DNA of 64,000 bases from a bacterium. Lineage in GTDB: Bacteria > Zixibacteria > MSB-5A5 > GN15 > FEB-12. The stretch is from NCBI GenBank assembly GCA_016708025.1, contig JADJGQ010000001.1:515153-579152 (forward strand), given 5' to 3'. The notes below the pieces were generated by a model, which saw only the letters and a program-made list of their open reading frames with translations, made no database searches and had not been told where the DNA came from. This document shows positions 9,381 to 17,184 of the stretch, piece by piece (position 1 is the first letter of the stretch; the number at the start of each line of letters is the position of its first letter). Made by a program: the position numbers and the translations under genes.

Positions 9381-11696
9381 ATGTCGACCTACCCCCGACT
9401 GCGAACCGATCTGGTCGCCGTTCCATCGGAAGTGGACGGCAGTACCGTCTATACGGTCAGAGACCCGATCACGGGGCGTTACTTCCGACTTCGCGAGCCG
9501 GAGTACTGGCTGATTCAACAACTTGATGGGGAAACCTCACCCTCGACGATTTCCACCCGCTTTCAAGAGAAGTTCCAGATGAATATTGGCGCCGAGGCGG
9601 TTGAGCAGTTCGTCAAAGCACTCGAGCAGCTCTATTTTCTGGATGACGGTCGCAGTGAAGTTGAGGTCGCCAAGGCGGCACGAGAATCGAAGCGCAAGCA
9701 ATCGCTGGCGGCACGTTTGCTGTTTATCAAAGTGAAGGGGTATGATCCTTCCCAATTCATTGAGCGGTTGTTTCAGTATTATCGGCCTTTCCATCGACCA
9801 CTCTGGTTCTTGCTGCAGTTTGCTGTGATCATGCTGGGCATGTACCTGTTGCGCGCACACTTTTCCAATTTCGCGCTCCGTCTCCCCGAGCTATTTAATA
9901 TTGGCTCGATCGTTACCATCGTGGCCGCCCTGTTTCTGATGATCACGTTGCATGAGTTCGCCCATGCGCTGGTCTGTCGGTATCATGGCGGCAAAGTGCG
10001 GGAGATGGGCCTTTTGCTGATGTACTTTCAGCCCTGTTTTTATTGTGACGTGTCCGATGCCTGGCTTTTCAAAGAGAAGTCGCAGCGACTGGCGGTCACC
10101 TGGGCAGGCCCGTACTTTCAGTTCTTTTTTCTCGCGGTAGCAGTGATCGTCTGGCGAGTGACGGTCCCCGGAACGGGGATCAGCGAGTTTGCCCGGATCT
10201 GTGCGATCGTTTCCTGGGTCAATTTCCTGTTCAATTTTAATCCGCTGATCAAGCTGGATGGGTACTATCTCCTTTCAGACTGGCTCGAGATTCCCAACCT
10301 TCGCCAGCGGTCCTTTGGCTATTTAGGGAATGTGCTGAAACGTCATCTGCTCGGCTGGCCGATAGAGCGTGTGACCGTCACACCGCGACAGCGGAAAATC
10401 TTTCTCATTTACGCGCTGTTGGCGTTTGTTTATTCGGCCGGTCTGATTGTCTACGTCATTTGGCTGGTGGGCGAATTCCTGATCGCAAAATGGGGTGGTA
10501 CCGGATTCCTGTTGTTGGTGGCAGTGCTGGCAGTTATCTTCAAACAGCCGGCGGCCGAGGCCGCCAGAGGGACACGGCAACATCTCATCTATATGAAACG
10601 ACTACTGCACCAACCGATTCGACTGACCATCTACAGCCTACTTCTACTGGCGGTAATATTCGTGGGTGGGTTCGTCAACTTCCCACACCGGGTAGTGGGA
10701 GATGTGGTGGTCCAGCCAATGTCCGAATTCAGCCTTTCCACAAGCAGCGATGGTCTGCTGGAGACATTTCTCCGGCATGGCGGTGCCAATCCAGAGAAAA
10801 AGACCTCGATTCTGAAACTGATCACCCAGGATGTCGGCGCGTTTCCGGTCACCCCCAGAGTGAAAGAGGGGCAGACGGTCAAGATCGGTGACACGCTGGC
10901 GGTCATTGCCTCCAATACGGTGGATAAGGACCTCCAGGGTGCCCGTAGTGACCTGCAGAGGCTCCAGGACCAGTTGACGGTCCTTCGCACACAGCCGAAG
11001 CGGGAGGAGATCGCTGCCGCCCAGGCGGACGTTCGGGCGGCTCAGGCGACCTATGATCAGTCGCTCCGAGATCTCAACCGGATCAAAGAGCTGGCAGAGC
11101 GTGACTTGGTGGCGGCCAACCAGCTTGAGTCAGTCAGATCATCTGCAGATGTCGCCAAGGCCTCGCTGGAGAATAAGAAGTCATATCTGGCGTTGCTCAA
11201 GTCACCGCCGCGCCCGCAGGATGAGGCGATCATCCAGCGGGATATTGAGAAGCAAATGAGCCGGATCGCATTTTTCGAGGCCCAATTGGGAGCCCAGGTG
11301 ATCCTGAGCCCGATTGATGGCTTGGTATCAGTCACTCGCCATTCAGATGCTCTTCTGACGGTTGCTGATAACAATGTGGTCGAGCTTTTGGTGCCGGTGT
11401 CCGATTTCGATCTCAACCTCGTCCAAACGGGTCAACCAGTGCGGGTCAAGGTGCGGTCCTTTCCGGACAGGCTCTTTTACGGGACGGTCGTGCGAGTGCC
11501 CAAGATCTCCAACGAGGAGGGAGTGGCTATGCAATTCCCGGTCGCGGTGGCGGTTTTTAACGCGGCGGGGAGCCTGAATCCCGGCATGACCGGCTATGCG
11601 AAGATCGAAGTGGGGGAACGTACTCTACTGGAACGTGCGATTCGGAAGGCAATGTCGGTCGTGCGTGTGGAATTCTGGTCCTGGTGGCTTTGGTAA
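9381..11696 (+). CDS. Tripartite fusion: PqqD-like (RRE-type) N-domain + M50/site-2-protease-like membrane metalloprotease + HlyD-type periplasmic adaptor
   Basis: The N-terminus DGSTVYTVRDPITGRYFRLREPEYWLIQQLDGETSPSTI..VEQFVKALEQLYFL is PqqD-like. HEFAHALVCRYHGG (nt 9951 onward) and FNFNPLIKLDGYY are the two M50 signatures, set in a polytopic region. The C-terminal ~330 aa have the MFP architecture: a lipoyl-like turn (VKEGQTVKIGDTLAVI), a long coiled coil and a beta-barrel (ILSPIDGLV, VRVKVRSFP). ATG 9381 is preferred over GTG 9330. Confidence 0.8.
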   Translation: MSTYPRLRTDLVAVPSEVDGSTVYTVRDPITGRYFRLREPEYWLIQQLDGETSPSTISTRFQEKFQMNIGAEAVEQFVKALEQLYFLDDGRSEVEVAKAARESKRKQSLAARLLFIKVKGYDPSQFIERLFQYYRPFHRPLWFLLQFAVIMLGMYLLRAHFSNFALRLPELFNIGSIVTIVAALFLMITLHEFAHALVCRYHGGKVREMGLLLMYFQPCFYCDVSDAWLFKEKSQRLAVTWAGPYFQFFFLAVAVIVWRVTVPGTGISEFARICAIVSWVNFLFNFNPLIKLDGYYLLSDWLEIPNLRQRSFGYLGNVLKRHLLGWPIERVTVTPRQRKIFLIYALLAFVYSAGLIVYVIWLVGEFLIAKWGGTGFLLLVAVLAVIFKQPAAEAARGTRQHLIYMKRLLHQPIRLTIYSLLLLAVIFVGGFVNFPHRVVGDVVVQPMSEFSLSTSSDGLLETFLRHGGANPEKKTSILKLITQDVGAFPVTPRVKEGQTVKIGDTLAVIASNTVDKDLQGARSDLQRLQDQLTVLRTQPKREEIAAAQADVRAAQATYDQSLRDLNRIKELAERDLVAANQLESVRSSADVAKASLENKKSYLALLKSPPRPQDEAIIQRDIEKQMSRIAFFEAQLGAQVILSPIDGLVSVTRHSDALLTVADNNVVELLVPVSDFDLNLVQTGQPVRVKVRSFPDRLFYGTVVRVPKISNEEGVAMQFPVAVAVFNAAGSLNPGMTGYAKIEVGERTLLERAIRKAMSVVRVEFWSWWLW

Positions 11697-11889
11697 GCGC
11701 TTTCGGACTGAACTAAGTCGGGGTGTTTCTCGTCCGTGTGATAATCGGAGTTTTTAGGGCGACGATTGGCGTGCGAAACGACTGTGTGTGAAGGGATTAT
11801 CTTTCCCGGATGCGGAAAAGATTTCCAACCGGCTGACAGGTTTTGACAGTGGGGACGGGCAATGTGGAGTGTATCACACTCTATTCCCC

Positions 11890-11917
11890 TTGACGGAATG
11901 CGGCATTCGATTATATT
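11890..11917 (+). promoter_or_regulatory. Sigma70-like promoter candidate for the small peptide gene
   Basis: TTGACG (11890-11895), a 16-nt spacer, then TATATT (11912-11917). It lies about 100 nt upstream of the ATG at 12014. Confidence 0.4.
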
Positions 11918-12013
11918 AAATTCAAAGGCAACTAAAAAAACAGCTGATTTGCACGCATGAAAAACCTCCAACTAGTGGAGGGCTCTTAATAACATGTTAA
12001 AGGAGGTGATTCA

Positions 12014-12091
12014 ATGGTGAATTACAAACTGAACGTTGAAGTCCTCGAGACTCGTATCGCTCCGGCTGGCATCAGCCTCGGCGGCCAGTAA
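12014..12091 (+). CDS. Small peptide, 25 aa (MVNYKLNVEVLETRIAPAGISLGGQ), candidate exported/processed peptide
   Basis: ATG is preceded by AAGGAGGTGA with 5-nt spacing, the strongest SD in the window. It has its own promoter-like element and a terminator hairpin 30 nt after the stop. It lies directly downstream of the PqqD/M50/HlyD fusion gene. It is below the ORF-track length cut-off. Confidence 0.5.
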   Translation: MVNYKLNVEVLETRIAPAGISLGGQ

Positions 12092-12117
12092 TCGTATTGG
12101 TTCGTGAGCATTCGAGC

Positions 12118-15084
12118 TTACCGAAGGGCAGGGTGACCTGCCCTTTGCTTTTGTCCCAAAACTTGTCCCAGCCGCCGAATTTCTGATACCAAGAATCTCA
12201 CCATTCGTTTTTCCTGAAACAACGACCGATCCCGGTCGCATGTAGTACCATCGGCAATCCCCTTTACGATCTGAAGGGCTTGCCGGTAATTCGCATATGC
12301 CTGTTCAATATTCCCATTGCTGGATTCGATCATCCCAAGTAGCGTGATAGCATGGGTATGTTCCGGCATCAGGCCGAATGTGCGGGATTCGTCACGGTTT
12401 TGGATCGCCAAGTTTCGAGCTTTAGCCAAATCACCGCGCTGGAGCATTAGTTCTATAAGGACGTTGATCAGTCGCGGCCGCTCGATGTAGTGGGGGATCT
12501 GTTCGCTCAATTCGGCGAGTCGAGGGAGTAGCTGTTGTGCGTCGTCCAACTGTCCGGCTTCGAGTAGCGCTTCAGCGCGATTGTAAAGGGCGACAAGTAG
12601 ATCAGTCGATTTGCCACATTCTTTTGCCAACGCAGTAGTTTGCTCGTATCTCTGAGGGTCTGGATCGATCCTGCTGCGCAACATCTCCGCGGCGAGTTGC
12701 AGCGGCTTGACATTCTGTGCAATGGCGACACTGAGAGCCGCATGTGTCAGCTCCAGCGCTTGCTCGCGATCATTAAGCATCAAACGATACATCGCTTTGG
12801 TCAACGGGATCTGAACGTTCCACTGCAGGTCCTCGACATGCTGCATAAGAGACTCGATCTTCTCCAGGCACTCCACGAATTCCCTGGGCTTGCCCAGGCG
12901 CATTTGCACCTGGGAAAGCGAGTGCTGGAAAGCGATCTGATGCGGCCGATGGTTCAGTTCGACCGCGAGAGCGAGACCCTGATTCAGAAACTTAAGGGCG
13001 TCGCGCAAATGTCCAGCCTCGAGCAGAACCATAGTTAGGTTCTCAAGATTGTAGAGAATCTCCTTTTGGCTGCCTATTCGCTGATTGATCTCCAGCGATT
13101 CCTGCAATTGCTCGATGCCGCGGTCGTACATGCCACGAAGGTAACTGAGATAGCCGAGATTGTTGAGAGTACGAGCGATCTCGCCGGCATCGCCAAGTTC
13201 CTTCTTGAGTTCGAGAGATTTCTCCAGGAGAAATGTGCCACGTGTAAGGTTGCCGACCAGACAGTAGACTGAGCCCATGTTTGAAAGGGTTGAAGCAACC
13301 TCGGTCGGGGCATTCAGGCGACGCTGTATACGCAAGGCGGAGCGATAGTAGCGAAGGGTGTTCCCCAGGTCTCCGGCGTAGAAGTAGGCGTTACCGATGT
13401 TGTTATAGGTCCTGGAGAGTTCAAACTCCTCGCCCATCTGCTGGTAGATTGTCACTGCCTGGTTGAGGGCGTCGAGGCCGGATTTGGAATCCTGTTTCAT
13501 TTTGTAGAGGTCACCAAGATCGCGATATGTCTCGGCTAGAAGCTTGTCAGGGGAGAGATCGCGATAGAGTGCGACCAGACTCTGATAGGTCGCCAGAGCA
13601 TCGTCAACTTCGCCGGTCTCTTTCTGGATGTCTCCGCGGAGCATCAGCAATTCCCTTACCTGTGCGATTTTGCCGGTAAGGGCGGCAAAGTCCAAAACCG
13701 AGTTGAGGCAGAAGATCGCTTCTTTGGCCCGATGTTCTCCGCGTAAGAGTGAAGCGGCCTGATAGGCACAACGGTCCGCGGATTCAAGGTCTCCTGCCCG
13801 CAAGTAAAGTTGCGTGGCAGAAGCGTGGCGATTTTCGCGCTCAGCCAATGGAGCGGCCCGCAAGGCAAACCTCTTGATGGTTGACGGGCGCAGCAGGGGG
13901 AGAAGCAAGCTGGTGAGCGCATTGGTAGAGTCCGTGTTGGTTGCGGCATCACACACAGCGGTTCGCTTTTCTCGCAGACTTCTCCGGCTGAATTGTTCGA
14001 GTTCAAGTCTCCTGAGGCGGTTAGGCCAATAGACATTTCCGGAAAGTGCCGGACCATTTTCGGTGATCGAGACAATCCCCTTGCGGAAATTCGACTCGAG
14101 AGTCAGTCTCAGGCGAGACGGTGACTTTGCCGTGATCATCTCAAGTTGCCTGGTCTGTTTCGTCGAAAGACCGGGGAGAGAATTCATCATCACCTGATAT
14201 TCTGATGCCGCTTCAAGCAGGTATTTCGGCCGCAATAGCTTCTCAAATGGATAAGTGGCGCCTGCTGCACGCAGCGAGCGGCAGACCGCTAATGCCGTCT
14301 GTGGACGCTGATCGGCTGATTTGCTGAGGAGCGAAGTGACCAGATCGGCCAGCGGTTTCGAGACTGACGGCGCCAATTGATCGAGAGGGAGTGGTTCTTC
14401 CTCGCGGACGCGCGCATTGATCAGCATCGGGTCGGTCTCGGACCCAATGAACGGGTGCTTGCCGGTCAACATCTGGTAGGCGATAACACCGAGCGCAAAC
14501 AGGTCGGAGAGATGACTCGCCCGACTGTCGATGATCGTTTCTGGCGCCATGTAGCCGACTGTCCCGAGGCCAACCCTGACGGTGTCAGGTTCATATTCAT
14601 AACGACCAAGAGAGAAATCCGAGAGCTTGGCAAAAAACAGCTTGTCGGATTTGCATCGGTCAAGTTCGACGGGAAGGAAGATATTCTGCGGTTTCAGGTC
14701 GCCATGGATAATCTTGAGCTGACGCAGATACTCGAGGTCGGCTGCGACTGCGGAAAGCAGATTGAGGGCTAGGGCGAGGTCGGTTATCCGTCCGAGTTGA
14801 TCGAGGGTTTTGCCTTCGCAGATCTCGAGTAACAAGTAGTCGGTGGAATCGTCAGGTCCGTTCAGGATACGAACGAGGCCGGGAAACCGTCGTGTGCCGA
14901 TAAGGGAAAGCTCGCGCGAGGCGAGCAGGTGGAAGTCGATCCCGGGCTCAGGGACCGGGAGCGGGCGTTTCAGGGCGGCTTCGCGTCCGGACGTGCCGAC
15001 GCGAACGCGGAAGACTTCGGCAGTCCCCCCACGGCCGAGCCGCTCCATCAAGTGGAAGCGTGACTCGTCACCGGACTGCTTCAT
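12118..15084 (-). CDS. Ser/Thr protein kinase with a long C-terminal TPR/helical-repeat region
   Basis: Hanks kinase motifs are present: GRGGTAEVF, AALK, IIHGDLKPQNIF, LSDFSLG and GTVGYMAPE. About 650 aa of TPR-like repeats follow (NIGNAYFYAGDL, SNMGSVYCLVGNL, NNLGYLSYLRGMY). Confidence 0.85.
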   Translation of the reverse strand: MKQSGDESRFHLMERLGRGGTAEVFRVRVGTSGREAALKRPLPVPEPGIDFHLLASRELSLIGTRRFPGLVRILNGPDDSTDYLLLEICEGKTLDQLGRITDLALALNLLSAVAADLEYLRQLKIIHGDLKPQNIFLPVELDRCKSDKLFFAKLSDFSLGRYEYEPDTVRVGLGTVGYMAPETIIDSRASHLSDLFALGVIAYQMLTGKHPFIGSETDPMLINARVREEEPLPLDQLAPSVSKPLADLVTSLLSKSADQRPQTALAVCRSLRAAGATYPFEKLLRPKYLLEAASEYQVMMNSLPGLSTKQTRQLEMITAKSPSRLRLTLESNFRKGIVSITENGPALSGNVYWPNRLRRLELEQFSRRSLREKRTAVCDAATNTDSTNALTSLLLPLLRPSTIKRFALRAAPLAERENRHASATQLYLRAGDLESADRCAYQAASLLRGEHRAKEAIFCLNSVLDFAALTGKIAQVRELLMLRGDIQKETGEVDDALATYQSLVALYRDLSPDKLLAETYRDLGDLYKMKQDSKSGLDALNQAVTIYQQMGEEFELSRTYNNIGNAYFYAGDLGNTLRYYRSALRIQRRLNAPTEVASTLSNMGSVYCLVGNLTRGTFLLEKSLELKKELGDAGEIARTLNNLGYLSYLRGMYDRGIEQLQESLEINQRIGSQKEILYNLENLTMVLLEAGHLRDALKFLNQGLALAVELNHRPHQIAFQHSLSQVQMRLGKPREFVECLEKIESLMQHVEDLQWNVQIPLTKAMYRLMLNDREQALELTHAALSVAIAQNVKPLQLAAEMLRSRIDPDPQRYEQTTALAKECGKSTDLLVALYNRAEALLEAGQLDDAQQLLPRLAELSEQIPHYIERPRLINVLIELMLQRGDLAKARNLAIQNRDESRTFGLMPEHTHAITLLGMIESSNGNIEQAYANYRQALQIVKGIADGTTCDRDRSLFQEKRMVRFLVSEIRRLGQVLGQKQRAGHPALR
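12124..12154. terminator. Rho-independent terminator shared by the peptide gene (+) and the convergent kinase gene (-)
   Basis: Perfect 9-bp stem AAGGGCAGG (12124-12132) / CCTGCCCTT (12137-12145) with loop GTGA, followed by TTTGCTTTTGT. It overlaps the last codons of the minus-strand kinase ORF. Confidence 0.55.
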
Positions 15085-15090
15085 TGCCCC

Positions 15091-16923
15091 TTATTTGGCT
15101 TTCCTGGGCTGGACTCGCGGAAGGACCAGCTTGAAGATCGTTCCTTCGCCTTCTTTCGAACTGACGAGCAATTCGCCGCCATGTTGTTCGACGATCTTGC
15201 GGCAGTTGTAGAGGCCGAGTCCATGACCATGCTTTTTGGTCGTGAAATGCAGGTTGAACAGCTTGCCGAGCGTTTCTTCGGTCATCCCGACGCCGTTGTC
15301 GGAGATCTCGATAGAGAGGCGCTCCTGCACGCGGTCATAGCCGGCGCAGATGCTGATCTGACGCTTGAATTCCTTGCCGTCCGACTGATTGCGCACAGCA
15401 TGTTCTTCAATGGCATCCGCGGCGTTGTTTAGCAGGTTCATTAGTACCTGCTGTACCTGACCGACATCGATCTCCACCGACGGGATCTCGGTGGCGAGAT
15501 CGAGCGTGAAGTGGATGAGTTTGAAGCGCGGTTGCACGCGGAGCGAGAAGAGCAGGTCGTCCACCAGGTGGCGGATATCGTAACTGATATATTCCGGCTC
15601 CGGCTTGGAGAAGTCCATCAGGCTGTCGACAAATCGCTTGATCTTAAAAATGTTCTCGGTGATCGACTTGGAGTTGAACTTCACCTTGTCGAACTTCTCG
15701 CGATCGATATTGAGCGAAAGCAGTTCGGCGTTGTTCGAGATGATGGAGAGGTAGTTGTTCAACTCGTGGGCGACCGAGGCGGCCATTTCGCCGCGCGCGA
15801 CCAGCTTCTCAGAGAGAATCACATATTTCTCCATCAGGACTTTCTCGGTGACATCTTCGATCGCCATGTTGATACCATCGGTACCATCTGGCAGCTCGGA
15901 GACCGGCGAGATCTTGATGGAAAGGACTTTCTCCATGTAGCCGGTATTGTGGAAATAGCGCGGGTCGGCGTATTCCTGCTTGGCGGCCAGGGAATCGGTG
16001 ATCATCTTCTTCCAGCGAAGTTGCTCACCCTCGGGGAGACGGTCGACAAAGACCGTCGGGAGGCTGCCTTCGCCTACTACCACCACGCTGTCGCGATTGA
16101 GGTCGAAGATCTCAAGGGCAACCGGGTTGATGGTGGCAATACATCCTTTGGCGTTCAGTACCACGATTCCGGTCGGTGTATTTTTGACCACGGATTCGTG
16201 GTATCTTTTCATCGTGTAAAGGGAGTGGTACATCGCGGCGTTGTGCAACGCGTTGGAGACCAACTGGCCATAGAATTCAAAGAGATAGAGGTCCGACTTG
16301 AGAAACATGCCGGCCTGATTGGTATTATCCACGTAGATGACGCCGATCACCTTGCCCTTGACGGTCAAGGGAACGCACATGATCGAGCGGAGGTGCAACT
16401 CAACGACCGACTGCTGCTGAGCATAGCGGTCATCCTGCAAAGCGTCGGAAGTATAGACCGACTTACCGGTCCGGGCGACCTGGTTGGTGATCGAGGAGGA
16501 GATACGGAAGTCTTCCTCCATCATCTGTTCGCGGCAGAGATTGTAAGCGGACTTGACCTGGAGTTCGCCCTTGTCGTCGAGCAACATGATCAATCCGCGC
16601 TCGGCATGCATCAACTCGATCGCCTGCTGCATAACCATCTGCAGGACGTCATCAAGGTTGAGGGATGCATTGATGGCGAGCGAGACCTGGAGCAGCGCCT
16701 TGAGGTCGGTCATGCGAACGGAGGCGCCATCCGCATCCTGTTCCGCGGAAAGCCGAGGATTATTCTCGGCGACCCGATCCAGCGTTTGTTCCAGTTCATC
16801 GAACAGGTCGACAACAACTTTGCCACTGTCACTCTGGGCAGGAGTCGTCATAGTCATCGTGTTCGAAACCTTGGACGTGACGTACTTGTACGTCTTTTCG
16901 TCTTCATTCTGTTTCATAGTCAT
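15091..16923 (-). CDS. Sensor histidine kinase (GAF-PAS-HisKA-HATPase)
   Basis: GAF region (LIMLLDDKGELQV ... VIGVIYVDNT) and a PAS-like segment. H-box AASVAHELNNYLSIISNNAELL, N-box LLNNAADA, G1 DNGVGM and G2 GHGLGLYNCRKIV. It ends 6 nt before the kinase gene start. ATG 16923 follows AGGAG; GTG 16950 is an alternative. Confidence 0.85.
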   Translation of the reverse strand: MTMKQNEDEKTYKYVTSKVSNTMTMTTPAQSDSGKVVVDLFDELEQTLDRVAENNPRLSAEQDADGASVRMTDLKALLQVSLAINASLNLDDVLQMVMQQAIELMHAERGLIMLLDDKGELQVKSAYNLCREQMMEEDFRISSSITNQVARTGKSVYTSDALQDDRYAQQQSVVELHLRSIMCVPLTVKGKVIGVIYVDNTNQAGMFLKSDLYLFEFYGQLVSNALHNAAMYHSLYTMKRYHESVVKNTPTGIVVLNAKGCIATINPVALEIFDLNRDSVVVVGEGSLPTVFVDRLPEGEQLRWKKMITDSLAAKQEYADPRYFHNTGYMEKVLSIKISPVSELPDGTDGINMAIEDVTEKVLMEKYVILSEKLVARGEMAASVAHELNNYLSIISNNAELLSLNIDREKFDKVKFNSKSITENIFKIKRFVDSLMDFSKPEPEYISYDIRHLVDDLLFSLRVQPRFKLIHFTLDLATEIPSVEIDVGQVQQVLMNLLNNAADAIEEHAVRNQSDGKEFKRQISICAGYDRVQERLSIEISDNGVGMTEETLGKLFNLHFTTKKHGHGLGLYNCRKIVEQHGGELLVSSKEGEGTIFKLVLPRVQPRKAK

Positions 16924-17184
16924 AGCGTTGCAGGCTCCTGTAACTCTCACTTAATATCGGACAAAACCGGAGACTGCTTAATGGGTGGACAGTGACAAAT
17001 TCTGTCCTAAACTATCGTTTCACTTGAACTTTGAGCTATTACGGCCCAGCAGTTTGAATCAGGCTGTACCGGAAAAGCACTTACGCAATCGGAGGATTGT
17101 TGAGGGACGAAACAGAGGGAATACGTCGGGTCGTCGACTTTCAGTTAACTGGCTGTTTTGTATGCGATTAGGGTCGGCCTGCGA

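Noticed and set aside
12077-12091. Reading the small peptide as a classical double-glycine leader plus core
   Set aside because: The GG is followed by a single residue (Q) and the stop, so there is no core peptide. Read-through or frameshifted continuations give only short, unconvincing sequences.
15511-16995. 494-aa plus-strand ORF, the longest of several ORFs antisense to the histidine kinase gene
   Set aside because: It lies entirely opposite a kinase gene with a complete motif set. Its translation is low-complexity (D/V/G/R/H-rich) with no motifs, which is typical of a shadow ORF in moderately GC-rich coding DNA.
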